From Macrostomum hystrix (lineage: Eukaryota > Animalia > Platyhelminthes), in NCBI GenBank assembly GCA_950097015.1, contig CATNEN010000007.1, positions 12,958,001 to 13,022,000 of the forward strand: a DNA stretch of 64,000 nucleotides. Reading direction: 5' to 3'. Below the pieces are notes generated by a model that did not search any database, had not been told where the DNA came from, and saw nothing but the letters and a program-made list of their open reading frames with translations. Shown here one piece after another: positions 1 to 10,600 of the stretch (position 1 is its first letter; each line of letters starts with the position of its first letter). The position numbers were made by a program, and so were the translations under genes.

Positions 1-67
1 CAGGATTTATCGGCCTCGATCACTGAGTAAAACAGACACCTAATCCTAACCATTGATTCCAGCCATC

Positions 68-1230
68 ATGTCAGTCCTACCAACCAGTGTGCCACCCGGC
101 TTCGACCTCGGCCTGCTGCTCATCAGCAACCCCAATCCGTTAGACTCCGCGTCTGTAAGAGGCCAAGAACTCGAGCCCTACCTGGCCGCAGTGGCCCGCG
201 AGAATGCGCAGTCGCTGCTGTCCGAGATCTGGCAGCGGCTGCCAGCCGAGCGCGTGGAGGACGCGGTGGTCGCGGCGCTGCCTCCACCCGTCACGTCGCT
301 GCCGCGTGAGAAGCCACCACCGAAGCCGAAGCCGACGAGCCGCTGGGAGGAGTTCGCTCGGCTCAAGGGCATCCGCAAGGCCAAGAAGGAGAGCGCCGTC
401 TGGGACGAGGCCTCTGGCGAGTGGCGGCCCCGCTGGGGCTACGGGCGCGCCGGCGACCCCGGCAAGGAGTGGCTGGTGGAGGTGCCGGCCTCGGCTGACC
501 CCAATGAAGACCAGTTCGCCCGGCTCAAGCAGGAGAAGCGGGAGCGGGTGGCCAAGAATGAGCTGCAGCGGCTCAAGAACATCAGCCGAAATCTGCGCCT
601 GGGCGGTACTCTGCCTGCGCTTAGCGGCGTTGGCAGCGACGGCAAGGCTGGTGGCGCCTCCAGCAAAGAGCTGAAGCGAACCCTCGTTGTGGCCAAGCGT
701 TCGGACGCTTCAATTGGACAGTTCTCGGCCAAGGTGGCCGGGGAGAAGGTGCGAATAAATAAATAAATCAGTTTATTTAGTTCAATAATGTTTGTTATAG
801 CTGTCAGAGTTGCCTGGTTAGCATTTCCCTCGCCATCTTCTCCATTCAGGTGGGTCACCTGCAGGGCAGGCGGCGGCAGTTCCTGCCCAACACTGGCTCT
901 CTCACAGCAGAGCGGGGCATGCAGGAGCAGGTGCTGAAGGAGCTGGCCGCCCGTCGAGCTGATCCGCTTAACACAGAGCGGGCCGTCAACCGGTTGCAGC
1001 AGGAGCGGGAGAAGTCCGGACTCGGCAATGCCGACACAGCCGACGGCGGGCGGAGGCGGCCGCAGAAGAAAAAGACGATGGGCAAAGTGGCCACCGAGGG
1101 TGGCAAGTCAAGGCGGCAGAACGTGCGCGACAGCAAGAGCCGAAAGTATAAAAAGGCGGCGGCCAGCGGGCGGGCCAAACAGAAGATGAAGTCGCTGATG
1201 AAATCCAAAACCCTCGGCAAGCGAAAGTGA
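68..1230 (+). CDS. RRS1: Ribosome biogenesis regulatory protein RRS1 (2 exons, ~353 aa)
   Basis: Exons 68-748 and 850-1230, GT-AG intron, phase 0. Motifs FDLGLLL, ARENAQSLL, LPREKPPPKPKPTSRWEEFARLKGI, WDEASGEWRPRWGY, KRERVAKNELQRLKN and SDASIGQF match the RRS1 family; basic C-terminus. Confidence 0.95.
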
Positions 1231-1605
1231 CCTATTGACTGACATTTTTAAAGTGCATTTTGCTGTCTTACTTGTCAACTATTGCTGAAATTCTAAGCCC
1301 TGTCAAATGTCTGCGCAGCTTCTCAGAGGATGCCATCGGGAGAATTATACGCTGTTCTGCTTGCACTGAATTAAGACTTTGAGTTTTTTGCAACAAATTC
1401 TTTTTCTCCAAGGCTCTCTAGCAAACAAGCCTGAGCTAGGCAAGGGTCATTCAGAAAGATCATTTCTGCACTGCAGTGTGACTACACTGTGTGACTCCAG
1501 TTTAGTACTGCCATTCTGAAATGCTAGAAAATAGACCAATGCACTTTCATTAACAAGCAAACTGAATGGCATTCCAGCCACTGACAGACCCCGGCTGCGG
1601 TGGTC

Positions 1606-4600
1606 ATGAGTACAGACAAACCAGTCGGTCCGCTGACCGTCACCTGCGTGAAGAACCTGACGGACAAACTCTATGACAAACGAAAAACTGCTGCAATGGA
1701 TATTGAGAGGTAGCTGGCAGTTAATCATGCAATCAACTTGTCACAAACTGAATTGAAGGCCCAGCTTGTCTTTCATGTAATTAACTTGTCACAGACTGAA
1801 TTGAAGGCCCAGCTTGTCTATCATGCAATCAACTTCTGTCACAGACTGAATTGAAGGCCCAGCTTGTCTTTCATGTAATTAACTTGTCACAGACTGAATT
1901 GAAGGCCCAGCTTGTCTATCATGTAATCAACTTGTCACAGACTGAATTGAAGGCCCAGCTTGTCTATCATGTAATCAACTTCTGTCACAGACTGAATTGA
2001 AGGCCCAGCTTGTCTATCATGTAATCAACTTGTCACAGACTGAATTGAAGGCCCAGCTTGTCTATCATGTAATCAACTTGTCACAGACTGAATTGAAGGC
2101 CCAGCTTGTCTATCATGTAATCAACTTGTCACAGACTGAATTGAAGGCCCAGCTTGTCTATCATGTAATTAACTTGTCACAGACTGAATTGAAGGCCCAG
2201 CTTGTCTATCATGCAATCAACTTCTGTCACAGACTGAATTGAAGGCCCAGCTTGTCTATCATGTAATCAACTTCTGTCACAGACTGAATTGAAGGCCCAG
2301 CTTGTCTATCATGTAATCAACTTCTGTCACAGACTGAATTGAAGGCCCAGCTTGTCTATCATGTAATCAACTTCTGTCACAGACTGAATTGAAGGCCCAG
2401 CTTGTCTATCATGTAATCAACTTGTCACAGACTGAATTGAAGGCCCAGCTTTTCTATCATGTAATCAACTTGTCACAGACTGAATTGAAGGCCCAGCTTG
2501 TCTATCATGTAATCAACTTCTGTCACAGACTGAATTGAAGGCCCAGCTTGTCTATCATGTAATCAACTTGTCACAGACTGAATTGAAGGCCCAGCTTGTC
2601 TATCATGTAATCAACTTCTGTCACAGACTGAATTGAAGGCCCAGCTTGTCTATCATGTAATCAACTTCTGTCACAGACTGAATTGAAGGCCCAGCTTGTC
2701 TATCATGTAATCAACTTCTGTCACAGACTGAATTGAAGGCCCAGCTTGTCTATCATGCAATCAACTTCTGTCACAGACTGAATTGAAGGCCCAGCTTGTC
2801 TATCATGTAATCAACTTCTGTCACAGACTGAATTGAAGGCCCAGCTTGTCTATCATGTAATCAACTTCTGTCACAGACTGAATTGAAGGCCCAGCTTGTC
2901 TATCATGTAATCAACTTCTGTCACAGACTGAATTGAAGGCCCAGCTTGTCTATCATGCCATCAACTTCTGTCACAGACTGAATTGAAGGCCCAGCTTGTC
3001 TATCATGTAATCAACTTCTGTAACAGACTGAATTGAAGGCCCAGCTTGTCTATCATGTAATCAACTTCTGTCACAGACTGAATTGAAGGCCCAGCTTGTC
3101 TATCATGTAATCAACTTCTGTAACAGACTGAATTGAAGGCCCAGCTTGTCTATCATGTAATCAACTTCTGTCACAGACTGAATTGAAGGCCCAGCTTGTC
3201 TATCATGTAATCAACTTCTGTAACAGACTGAATTGAAGGCCCAGCTTGTCTATCATGTAATCAACTTGTCACAGACTGAATTGAAGGCCCAGCTTGTCTA
3301 TCATGCAATCAACTTCTGTCACAGACTGAATTGAAGGCCCAGCTTGTCTATCATGTAATCAACTTCTGTCACAGACTGAATTGAAGGCCCAGCTTGTCTA
3401 TCATGTAATCAACTTCTGTCACAGACTGAATTGAAGGCCCAGCTTGTCTATCATGTAATCAACTTCTGTCACAGACTGAATTGAAGGCCCGGCTTGTCTA
3501 TCATGTAATCAACTTCTGTCACAGACTGAATTGAAGGCCCAGCTTGTCTATCATGCCATCAACTTCTGTCACAGACTGAATTGAAGGCCCAGCTTGTCTA
3601 TCATGTAATCAACTTCTGTCACAGACTCAATTGAAGGCCCAGCTTGTCTATCATGTAATCAACTTCTGTCACAGACTGAATTGAAGGCCCAGCTTGTCTA
3701 TCATGCCATCAACTTCTGTCACAGACTGAATTGAAGGCCCAGCTTGTCTATCATGTAATCAACTTCTGTCACAGACTCAATTGAAGGCCCAGCTTGTCTA
3801 TCATGTAATCAACTTCTGTCACAGACTGAATTGAAGGCCCAGCTTGTCTATCATGCCCTTTGAACCAATTCTATAATGCATGGGTTCGTTACTAAGCTTA
3901 TCTACCGGGTGGTCCTTTCAGTAGCCTTATACTCGGTTCGATAGCTTATGCTCTGATATTAACAGTAGAACTACCAATGTCGAGGCTTGATCAGTGAAAG
4001 TAGAGGAATTCGCTTTAGGGACTCCATTGCCAGCTGGAGGCACCCTGCTGACGGTGCTGACGGCGTCGGGGTGGTGACTGATTGGTTGACGGACTACACT
4101 GTAATTCAAAGAGGTCCGAAAAAGGGTCCGCAAAGGGTCCGAATTCTAAGGTCCGCAGCGTCGATATATACGGACCTTTAAGGGTCCATATTGTAAGACG
4201 TCCGAATTGAAAGGTCCATATTGCAGGTCCGGTAAGGGTCCGAATTCTAAGGTCCGCAGCGTCGATATATACGGACCTTTAAGGGTCCATATTCTAAGAG
4301 GTCCGAATTGATAGGTCCAAATTTCAGGTCCAGAAGAGGTCCGAAATGTAGGTCCTAACATCTATAAATAAATAATCCATCATGTCAGTCAAAATGTCTC
4401 TGCTTGAATGACAAATTTAATACACAAGTGAAAACCAGAAATTTGTTGTCACAATGTATACAATGCATGCTCAAGACATTTTGAAACTCTCAAAACTGCA
4501 TAACTTCAAAAAGAATGAGGAAAGTGCACCATGGAATTTTGTTTGCGACGTTATCTTTCATCTTAGTTATCCTTGAATGGTATAGTCAATTGAAATTAGA

Positions 4601-7600
4601 AAACGCACAGTGTATTCGTCGTAAGTGTGTGTTTAATAATAGTCTAAAAAAGCTAGTACACAGGATAAGTACACAGACTAAGCAGCATAAGTACACAGAC
4701 AAAACAGCACAAGTGGATAGAAAAACCAGCATGAGTACACAAAAAAGCAGCATTAGTACATTATATAATAAACAGCATAAGTACACATAATGAACAGCAT
4801 TAGCACACAGACTAAGCAATATACATACAAAATGATGATTAAGCATTACATATGTAGCAACTGATTAAGCAGCACCCCTCTTCTTCCATTAATAAGAGAA
4901 CTAAACGCATTCATACCAAAGTCTGCTGAGCCCCCCCCCCATGAGACACCATTCCATATCTGATCCTTACTACAAATTTCTGGGAAAAGTGTTGAAGACT
5001 TAGTAATCAAGTACTTCATGACATAGTCAGCTTAGATGGAAACCAAAGACCAAATGTGTGCCTTGCCTTCCAAGGAGACAAAAGCAACAGGGAACTTAGA
5101 GTGCAGCGCATAGTCGTTGTCATAGTCAAGCCACCAGATGTATACAGTTAACGAAAGGCAGCGATGACAGTTTTGGCAGCCAGACACGACACTGCAGACC
5201 TTCGGCGAAGACTCGACAACACTTCCACTGTCTCCAGGAAGGGTTCCAGAAGAGGGACGTGCTGCAGATTAAATGCGATGTACACGATAATAAACACGAT
5301 GACGGAGTCAGCATTGCTGTCGAAAAAGAGACTCGCTCCATTCACAAACACGCCACGCCAGTCTGCGCCGTCCTTTAGAATCCTCACTGGAAGCTCGTTG
5401 CTGAAGATCTTCTCTGGGTCGATCCTCAAACGACCGAGAAGTAAGCAGACAGCCAAAGGCAACTTATCCTCAACGGAATCAACATCATCCAGGTACTTCT
5501 TACATAGCTTGTAATTCTTCATGTTTTTGCGCTTGTCGTAGATGCTGAGAAGAGCGCCTGTCACGTTGGTACGAATGTCAGAAGGACTGGGTGGAAGTAC
5601 GTAGTCCGTCTTATTCTTGCTGTATGCTGCAAGCATCAGAAAAGCCTCTTGCTCGATGACGGGCGCAAAATTGAGTGGCTTGTAGAGTTGAACCTCCTCA
5701 GCGACAGTTAGATCCTGACATCTAATCATCCTAACTGCAAACAGTGACTCCATTTCCTTCAAAACCTCAAGCATCGCGAATGTGTGGCAGTCTCGGTTTA
5801 TCTTCTCCCGCCGAGCCTCGTGAAAGTCGGGCACATCGATTCCACAATCCCCAAAGTCCACACTTTTAGCCATGGCACTCTGTGCATCATCATCATTACA
5901 CTTACGACGCTTGCAAGCCGGCTGGTCTTGGTTGTTGTCCGCATCTCCGTCCTCTCTCTCTCTCTCTCTCTACTGGCCCCTCGGCCAAAGGCCATACAGG
6001 GGGCGCGCCAGCGCGCCCGTTGCCTCCAGGAAATCCAGCACCCTCTCCGGGTGCTCCTGCAGCAGGGACATCGAGCCGATGCCTTCAAAGCAGCGGCGCT
6101 CCTCCTCCCATCTCGGGCAGTCCAGCAGGAAGTGTTCCGTGTTCTCGACCGGGGCTTGGCAATGTGGGCAGACCGGGCTCTCCACGCGGCCCCAGCGGTG
6201 TAGGGTGTCCCGAAGGAAAGGGGCCCGGTTGGCCCGCAGCTGATAAAGGGCCACTTCCTGGTCCCGCCGCCTCCTGTTGCTTGGCGGCAGTGGCCTGCCC
6301 CCGCAGCGCCGGTGAGGGTGCTCCGCCGGAACCTCAGCCTCGTACTGGGCTTTGGCCCGGACGACGCTCTGCCGCCGGACCGCAGCCTGAATGGCACCTG
6401 CTGAAGCCCGGGCGCCTTCCTGAGGCAGCGCGCAGCCTTCCCGGGCCAGCGAGTCGGCTTCCTCGTTCAGGTGCAGACCCGCATGTCCCGGGATCCAGAT
6501 GACTGTGAGCCGGTGTTTTTCAGCCAGCTGGTGCAGCAGGGCCACTGCCTGTGCCGCCCCATGGTCGTCCTGACACCGCTCCGGGCGCTGCAGCTTCTCG
6601 AAGAGCGCGCGGGAGTCGAAGAGCAGCCAGATGGTACGATGGGTCTGCCCCTCCAGCAACTCCCACGCCGCCTGCAGCCCCGCCGCTGCCGCCGCCGCCT
6701 CTGCAGATGTTGAGCACGTGAGGCGCCCTGTCGCGACTGACCCGTTGACATCCGGGCCCGGTGCCCGCCGCCGGATCACGTAGCCGCCTCCCCCGTTCCG
6801 GACTCCTTCCTCCGCTGCCCCGTCCGTCCAAATTTGCAGGTCAGGCGGGTCCTTCTGGTGCAGGTTGTCCAGAGTGATCAGGGCTTCCTGCCTCCGCCGC
6901 CACTCCGGGTCCTCCCTCTTCGTGTTGGGCGTGCAGACAAACGACACTGCCGTACCCCTCCACGGCCTCGGCAGCATGGTCACAGGCACCCGCTCCTCGG
7001 GATTATCGGCACTCCTCCTGCAGCCACAACCCCTCAACACTTGCTTGGCGGTATCCCTCCAGCTGGGCCGCAAACCCCCGCCTCGCGCCTTCAGCCTGCG
7101 CGCCGTGCATGGCTCCTGGGCCAGGCCTCCGAGCGGGTGGGCAGCCGGGAACTGCCGGCACCTGGTGAGCAGCGCAGCAGCCTTCTCCTCGCAGATGTTA
7201 AGCGCTCTCTTCACTTGCTGCTGCTCCGGTCGTCTCTCGCCGCCTCTCGGCGGCCCGGGGTTCGACTCAATGTCCCCCGACAGCAGGAGCCGGCGGCGCG
7301 CCCAGTCGGGGTTGGACGCCCGCCCACCCGAAAACCCGACCAGCGGGCGTGGGTGCTGGCGCTGCAGGCAGCACCAGGGGGTGGAAGCACTTGGCGCGGC
7401 TCTGTGCCGCGACGCCGGTCCCCACGAGAAGGGGGCTTCCTTGACCACAGGCCGGTCTCTCCGACCCGTTGCTCGTTGAGCAGGCGCATCTCCGTCCTCG
7501 TTACCGCCATCGTCGTCGCTCTCCTTGTCATCTTCGTCACTCTCCTTGTCCTGTTCGTCGCTCTCCTTGTCCTGTTCGTCGCTCTCCTTGTTCTTGGTCT

Positions 7601-10600
7601 CCTTAGCACTAGCATTTGCTTGACGCGACCGTTTGTGCCCATGCTTGCTGCGCATATGTTGGACAACTGGGCTGGTGTACTCAACCAAAATTCTGCTGCG
7701 CAGCTCCTTGAGCCTCCTGCAAATCTTTGTTCGCCAGAAGTGGAAGCTCACAACTTGCGTTTCACCTTTACCATCTCGCAGACCAGGATACGTGGCAACA
7801 ATCGCACTGCAGATGTCCGTAATCTGGGCGCTTGAATCAAAGTACATTGCTTGCTCAATAAAGCAATAATAATATTTTGATAAACAGCTTCAAAAGGACT
7901 GCCTTAGCGAAACAGCTTTTCTGTCGTTTCTTTACAATCATTGCAAATCATTGAGTATTTGCAAATAATCATACCAACGTAGCATGCGCAGTGCCAGTAT
8001 ACAATTTAAGGATCAAATGGTATAAAAGGCAACTGAATTGACACTTTCAAGCCAATTCCGCACATTTTACAATTTTGGACCTCCAAGGACTAAGGTCCGC
8101 ATTTGTTAATACGGACCTCGTCTGGACATCTATGATTTACAGTGTAGAGGAGCATGTAAAGTAGTTGAGTGTTGCCCAATGTCGAGGCTTGATCAGCGAA
8201 AGTAGAGAAATTCGCTTTAGGGACTCCATAGTCGGCTGGTGCCACTTGTTGAAGGTCCAGCAGCTCCGTCTAGATAAAGGTCAGTGACCGCCGAAGTCGG
8301 AGATGATGCAAGCACATTCGGGTGACATGCTGATAAAGTTTGAAGGTTTGGAAAGGCCGCACTGAGGCTCAGTGCAAATTCGTGTATAGGGGTGTATGAA
8401 ATACACTAGCTCTTACGGGAAAAATCGGACCTTCGGCCAGAAACATTGAATATCTCGACTGTCGGAAGAGCTGGCGACTTGTTTCTTGTTTCAGAAGATG
8501 CGCAGCAAAAAGTTGGCCCGTGTTCTTGAGTTTCGTGTGCTTGCATTGTTCCGTTCGGGTGCCGCAAAAAAATTGTCAGGGGTCGCGCTATTCCGGGGGA
8601 AATTCCCCCCCCCTTGGTATAATAACGGGCGGCAAAATGGCTTGGTAGTCCTACTGTTAATTATGATTACTATGGTCAATCATTGTCGCTCATGGTCACC
8701 CCCATGCATTGTGTTTGAACCCTGCTCCAATTGCCAATGGAATCTACCGAATGATTACTAAGGTCACCCTCATGCATTGTGTTTGAACCCTGCTCCAATT
8801 GCCAATGGAATCTACCGAATGTCTACCCCGGGTTTTCCATTTGCACCTGAATTGGTGGAGTCGAGACTATCGTCAGCCTGCTCCCCCGGGCTTGCAGGAT
8901 TGTTCGTGACTACCAGAAGGATGGCAAGGAGGCGGACACCCGCAACCTTCTATTCCTGCTGCGCTCGGAGTTCCTGGACTCGCCGATCGCAAACAGCCGC
9001 AAGGGCGGCCTGATTGGCCTGGCCGCTTCCGCCATCGCATTGGGAAAGGTGTGTAATACAAAGTGGTTCAGGGGATATAACCAAGCCGATCGGGATAAGT
9101 CGGCTGATGCCGAACCTTGACCGCTTTGAAGGAGGCGCCGAAGTACACGGACGAGCTGTTCCGGCCGGCCTGCGACATATTGTGCAACGACCGTGACAGC
9201 CGCGTCCGCTACTACGCCTGTGAGGCGCTCTACAATATTGTGAAAGTTATCCGGGCTAGCGTCATTCCGCACTTCAGCCTGCTTTTTGCCGGTCTGTCCG
9301 CCTGCGCCCAGGACCCAGAAGCCACCATTCGCAAGGGCTCTGAGATGCTCGACAAGCTCCTAAAGGTCTGTAGTATGCTCAATTGTGCTCACCTGCCTAT
9401 TCTGGCAATGTCAGTCGTTAGCCCTTCCTCTTCTCCCGCAGGAGGTGGTGCTGGACTCCAGCACGGAGCGGCTCAGCATGGAGGAGTTTGTCAGCCTGGC
9501 TAAGGACAGGATGTACTCTGAGAATGTCCATGTGCGCCAGTTCCTCGTTGCCTGGGTGAGGCTCAGTCCTTTTCGGGGTAGTGAAACTCTAGATAATCTT
9601 ATAAACCAGTTGCATGAACGCCAGAATTAACATAAACCAGCTCCGGAGGTTCTGGCCTCCAATGGATGAGTATGAGCAGCTAGTAGGTTTATAGGAGACG
9701 CCTGTGATGTGGCAGAATTAAATATTTGCCGCCAATTGTATATTTAGCTGTTAATACTTAATCTCTATGCATACTTGCCTTCTAAAAATGATTTTCATTG
9801 GCTACCGCGCTCGCCCTCCCAGATTTCCACACTGCACACTTCGCCTCAGTTCAATCTGCTGCCGTTTCTGCACGAGCTGCTTGACGGCCTTCTGCTGATC
9901 CTCGGTGACGAGCGGACGGAGATATACCGGATGACGCTGGAGCTGCTGGACCAGCTGCTGAGCGACCTGGAGCGGCGCGGTCCGGCCGAGGCCGACTTTA
10001 CCGGCATGATCAACATAATCGCCACGCACTGCGTCAGCCGTCAGGAGCCCGTGCGGCAGGTAGCTCTCCGCTGGCTGGCGCAGCTCATTCCGCTCTGCCC
10101 GGACACTGTCCGGGGCCATGCGGCTAGCTTTCTGCAAGTGAGCCCCTGCTTTGACTGACTTTGGGCCTTGAATGCTGTCTAGCAGCTTGGGGTCGTTGGG
10201 ATCAGAAATACGAGTTGGAAGACGAACTGGATGTCTCCTCATGAATGTTTTCCAAACACCCTTTCAACCCTGTCTACAAATCCGGCTGCCCGCAGGCTCT
10301 GCTCCCATCGCTGGTGCTGCCAGCGCCGGCTGCTCGCTTGTCCGAGCTGGCCCGCAACGCCAACGACCTTCTGCTTGGCTTGGTGAGCCGCGAACAGCCG
10401 CTCTCAGAGCAGTCGGTGGAGGCCCTGGTCTCCGTGCTGCTGCACGCATGCGCCTCCCAGGCCAGCCTGCCAGTTGCTTTGGCCTGGCTGCGCCGCCTGC
10501 TCTCCCAGGTGCCGAGCCTCCTCTCGCGTCACGTGACCGCACTTTTCCCCGTGCTGGCAGGCACGCTGGCCGAGCTGAGCGCAGAGACTGCGCCAGACGC

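Larger units (their letters stand above)
5148..7847 (-). pseudogene. Transposon accessory ORF (~384 aa; resembles SAMD3-like ORFs of animal EnSpm elements), interrupted by a retroelement
   Basis: Removing 5955-7499 (insert plus one TSD) joins MYFDSS...GGNEDGDA to [13 protein letters not shown]...[11 protein letters not shown]...AAFR* in one frame. The family assignment is from recalled motif resemblance ([28 protein letters not shown]). Confidence 0.6.
4097..8144 (-). mobile_element. CACTA/EnSpm-like (CMC) non-autonomous DNA transposon
   Basis: Imperfect TIRs CACTGTAATTCAAAGAGGTCC ... GGACATCTATGATTTACAGTG. 2-bp TA duplication (4095-4096, 8145-8146); the homologous empty site near 53895 has a single TA. 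Many GGTCC(G) subterminal repeats at 4110-4355. No transposase seen. Confidence 0.8.
3963..8656. mobile_element. TTAA-flanked non-autonomous (piggyBac-like) element, split by nested insertions
   Basis: TTAA at 3959-3962 and 8657-8660. Termini CAGTAGAACTACCAA ... TTGGTAGTCCTACTG are inverted repeats. The body (4070-4096 plus 8147-8656) aligns with an uninterrupted copy at ~53782-54368. Confidence 0.8.

Noticed and set aside
1724-3858. Regular repeat arrays here and elsewhere as CRISPR
   Set aside because: Units are contiguous with no unique spacers, there are no cas genes, and the context is eukaryotic introns.
3975-8230. ~55-bp direct repeats (3975-4030 and 8177-8230) as LTRs or a giant TSD
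   Set aside because: They are internal sub-repeats of the host TTAA MITE. The real insertion boundaries are CACTG...CAGTG with TA.
8694-8822. Small two-copy duplications (8694-8822, 27608-27745, 30589-30700, 13730-13800)
   Set aside because: Simple local duplications with no coding or structural signal.
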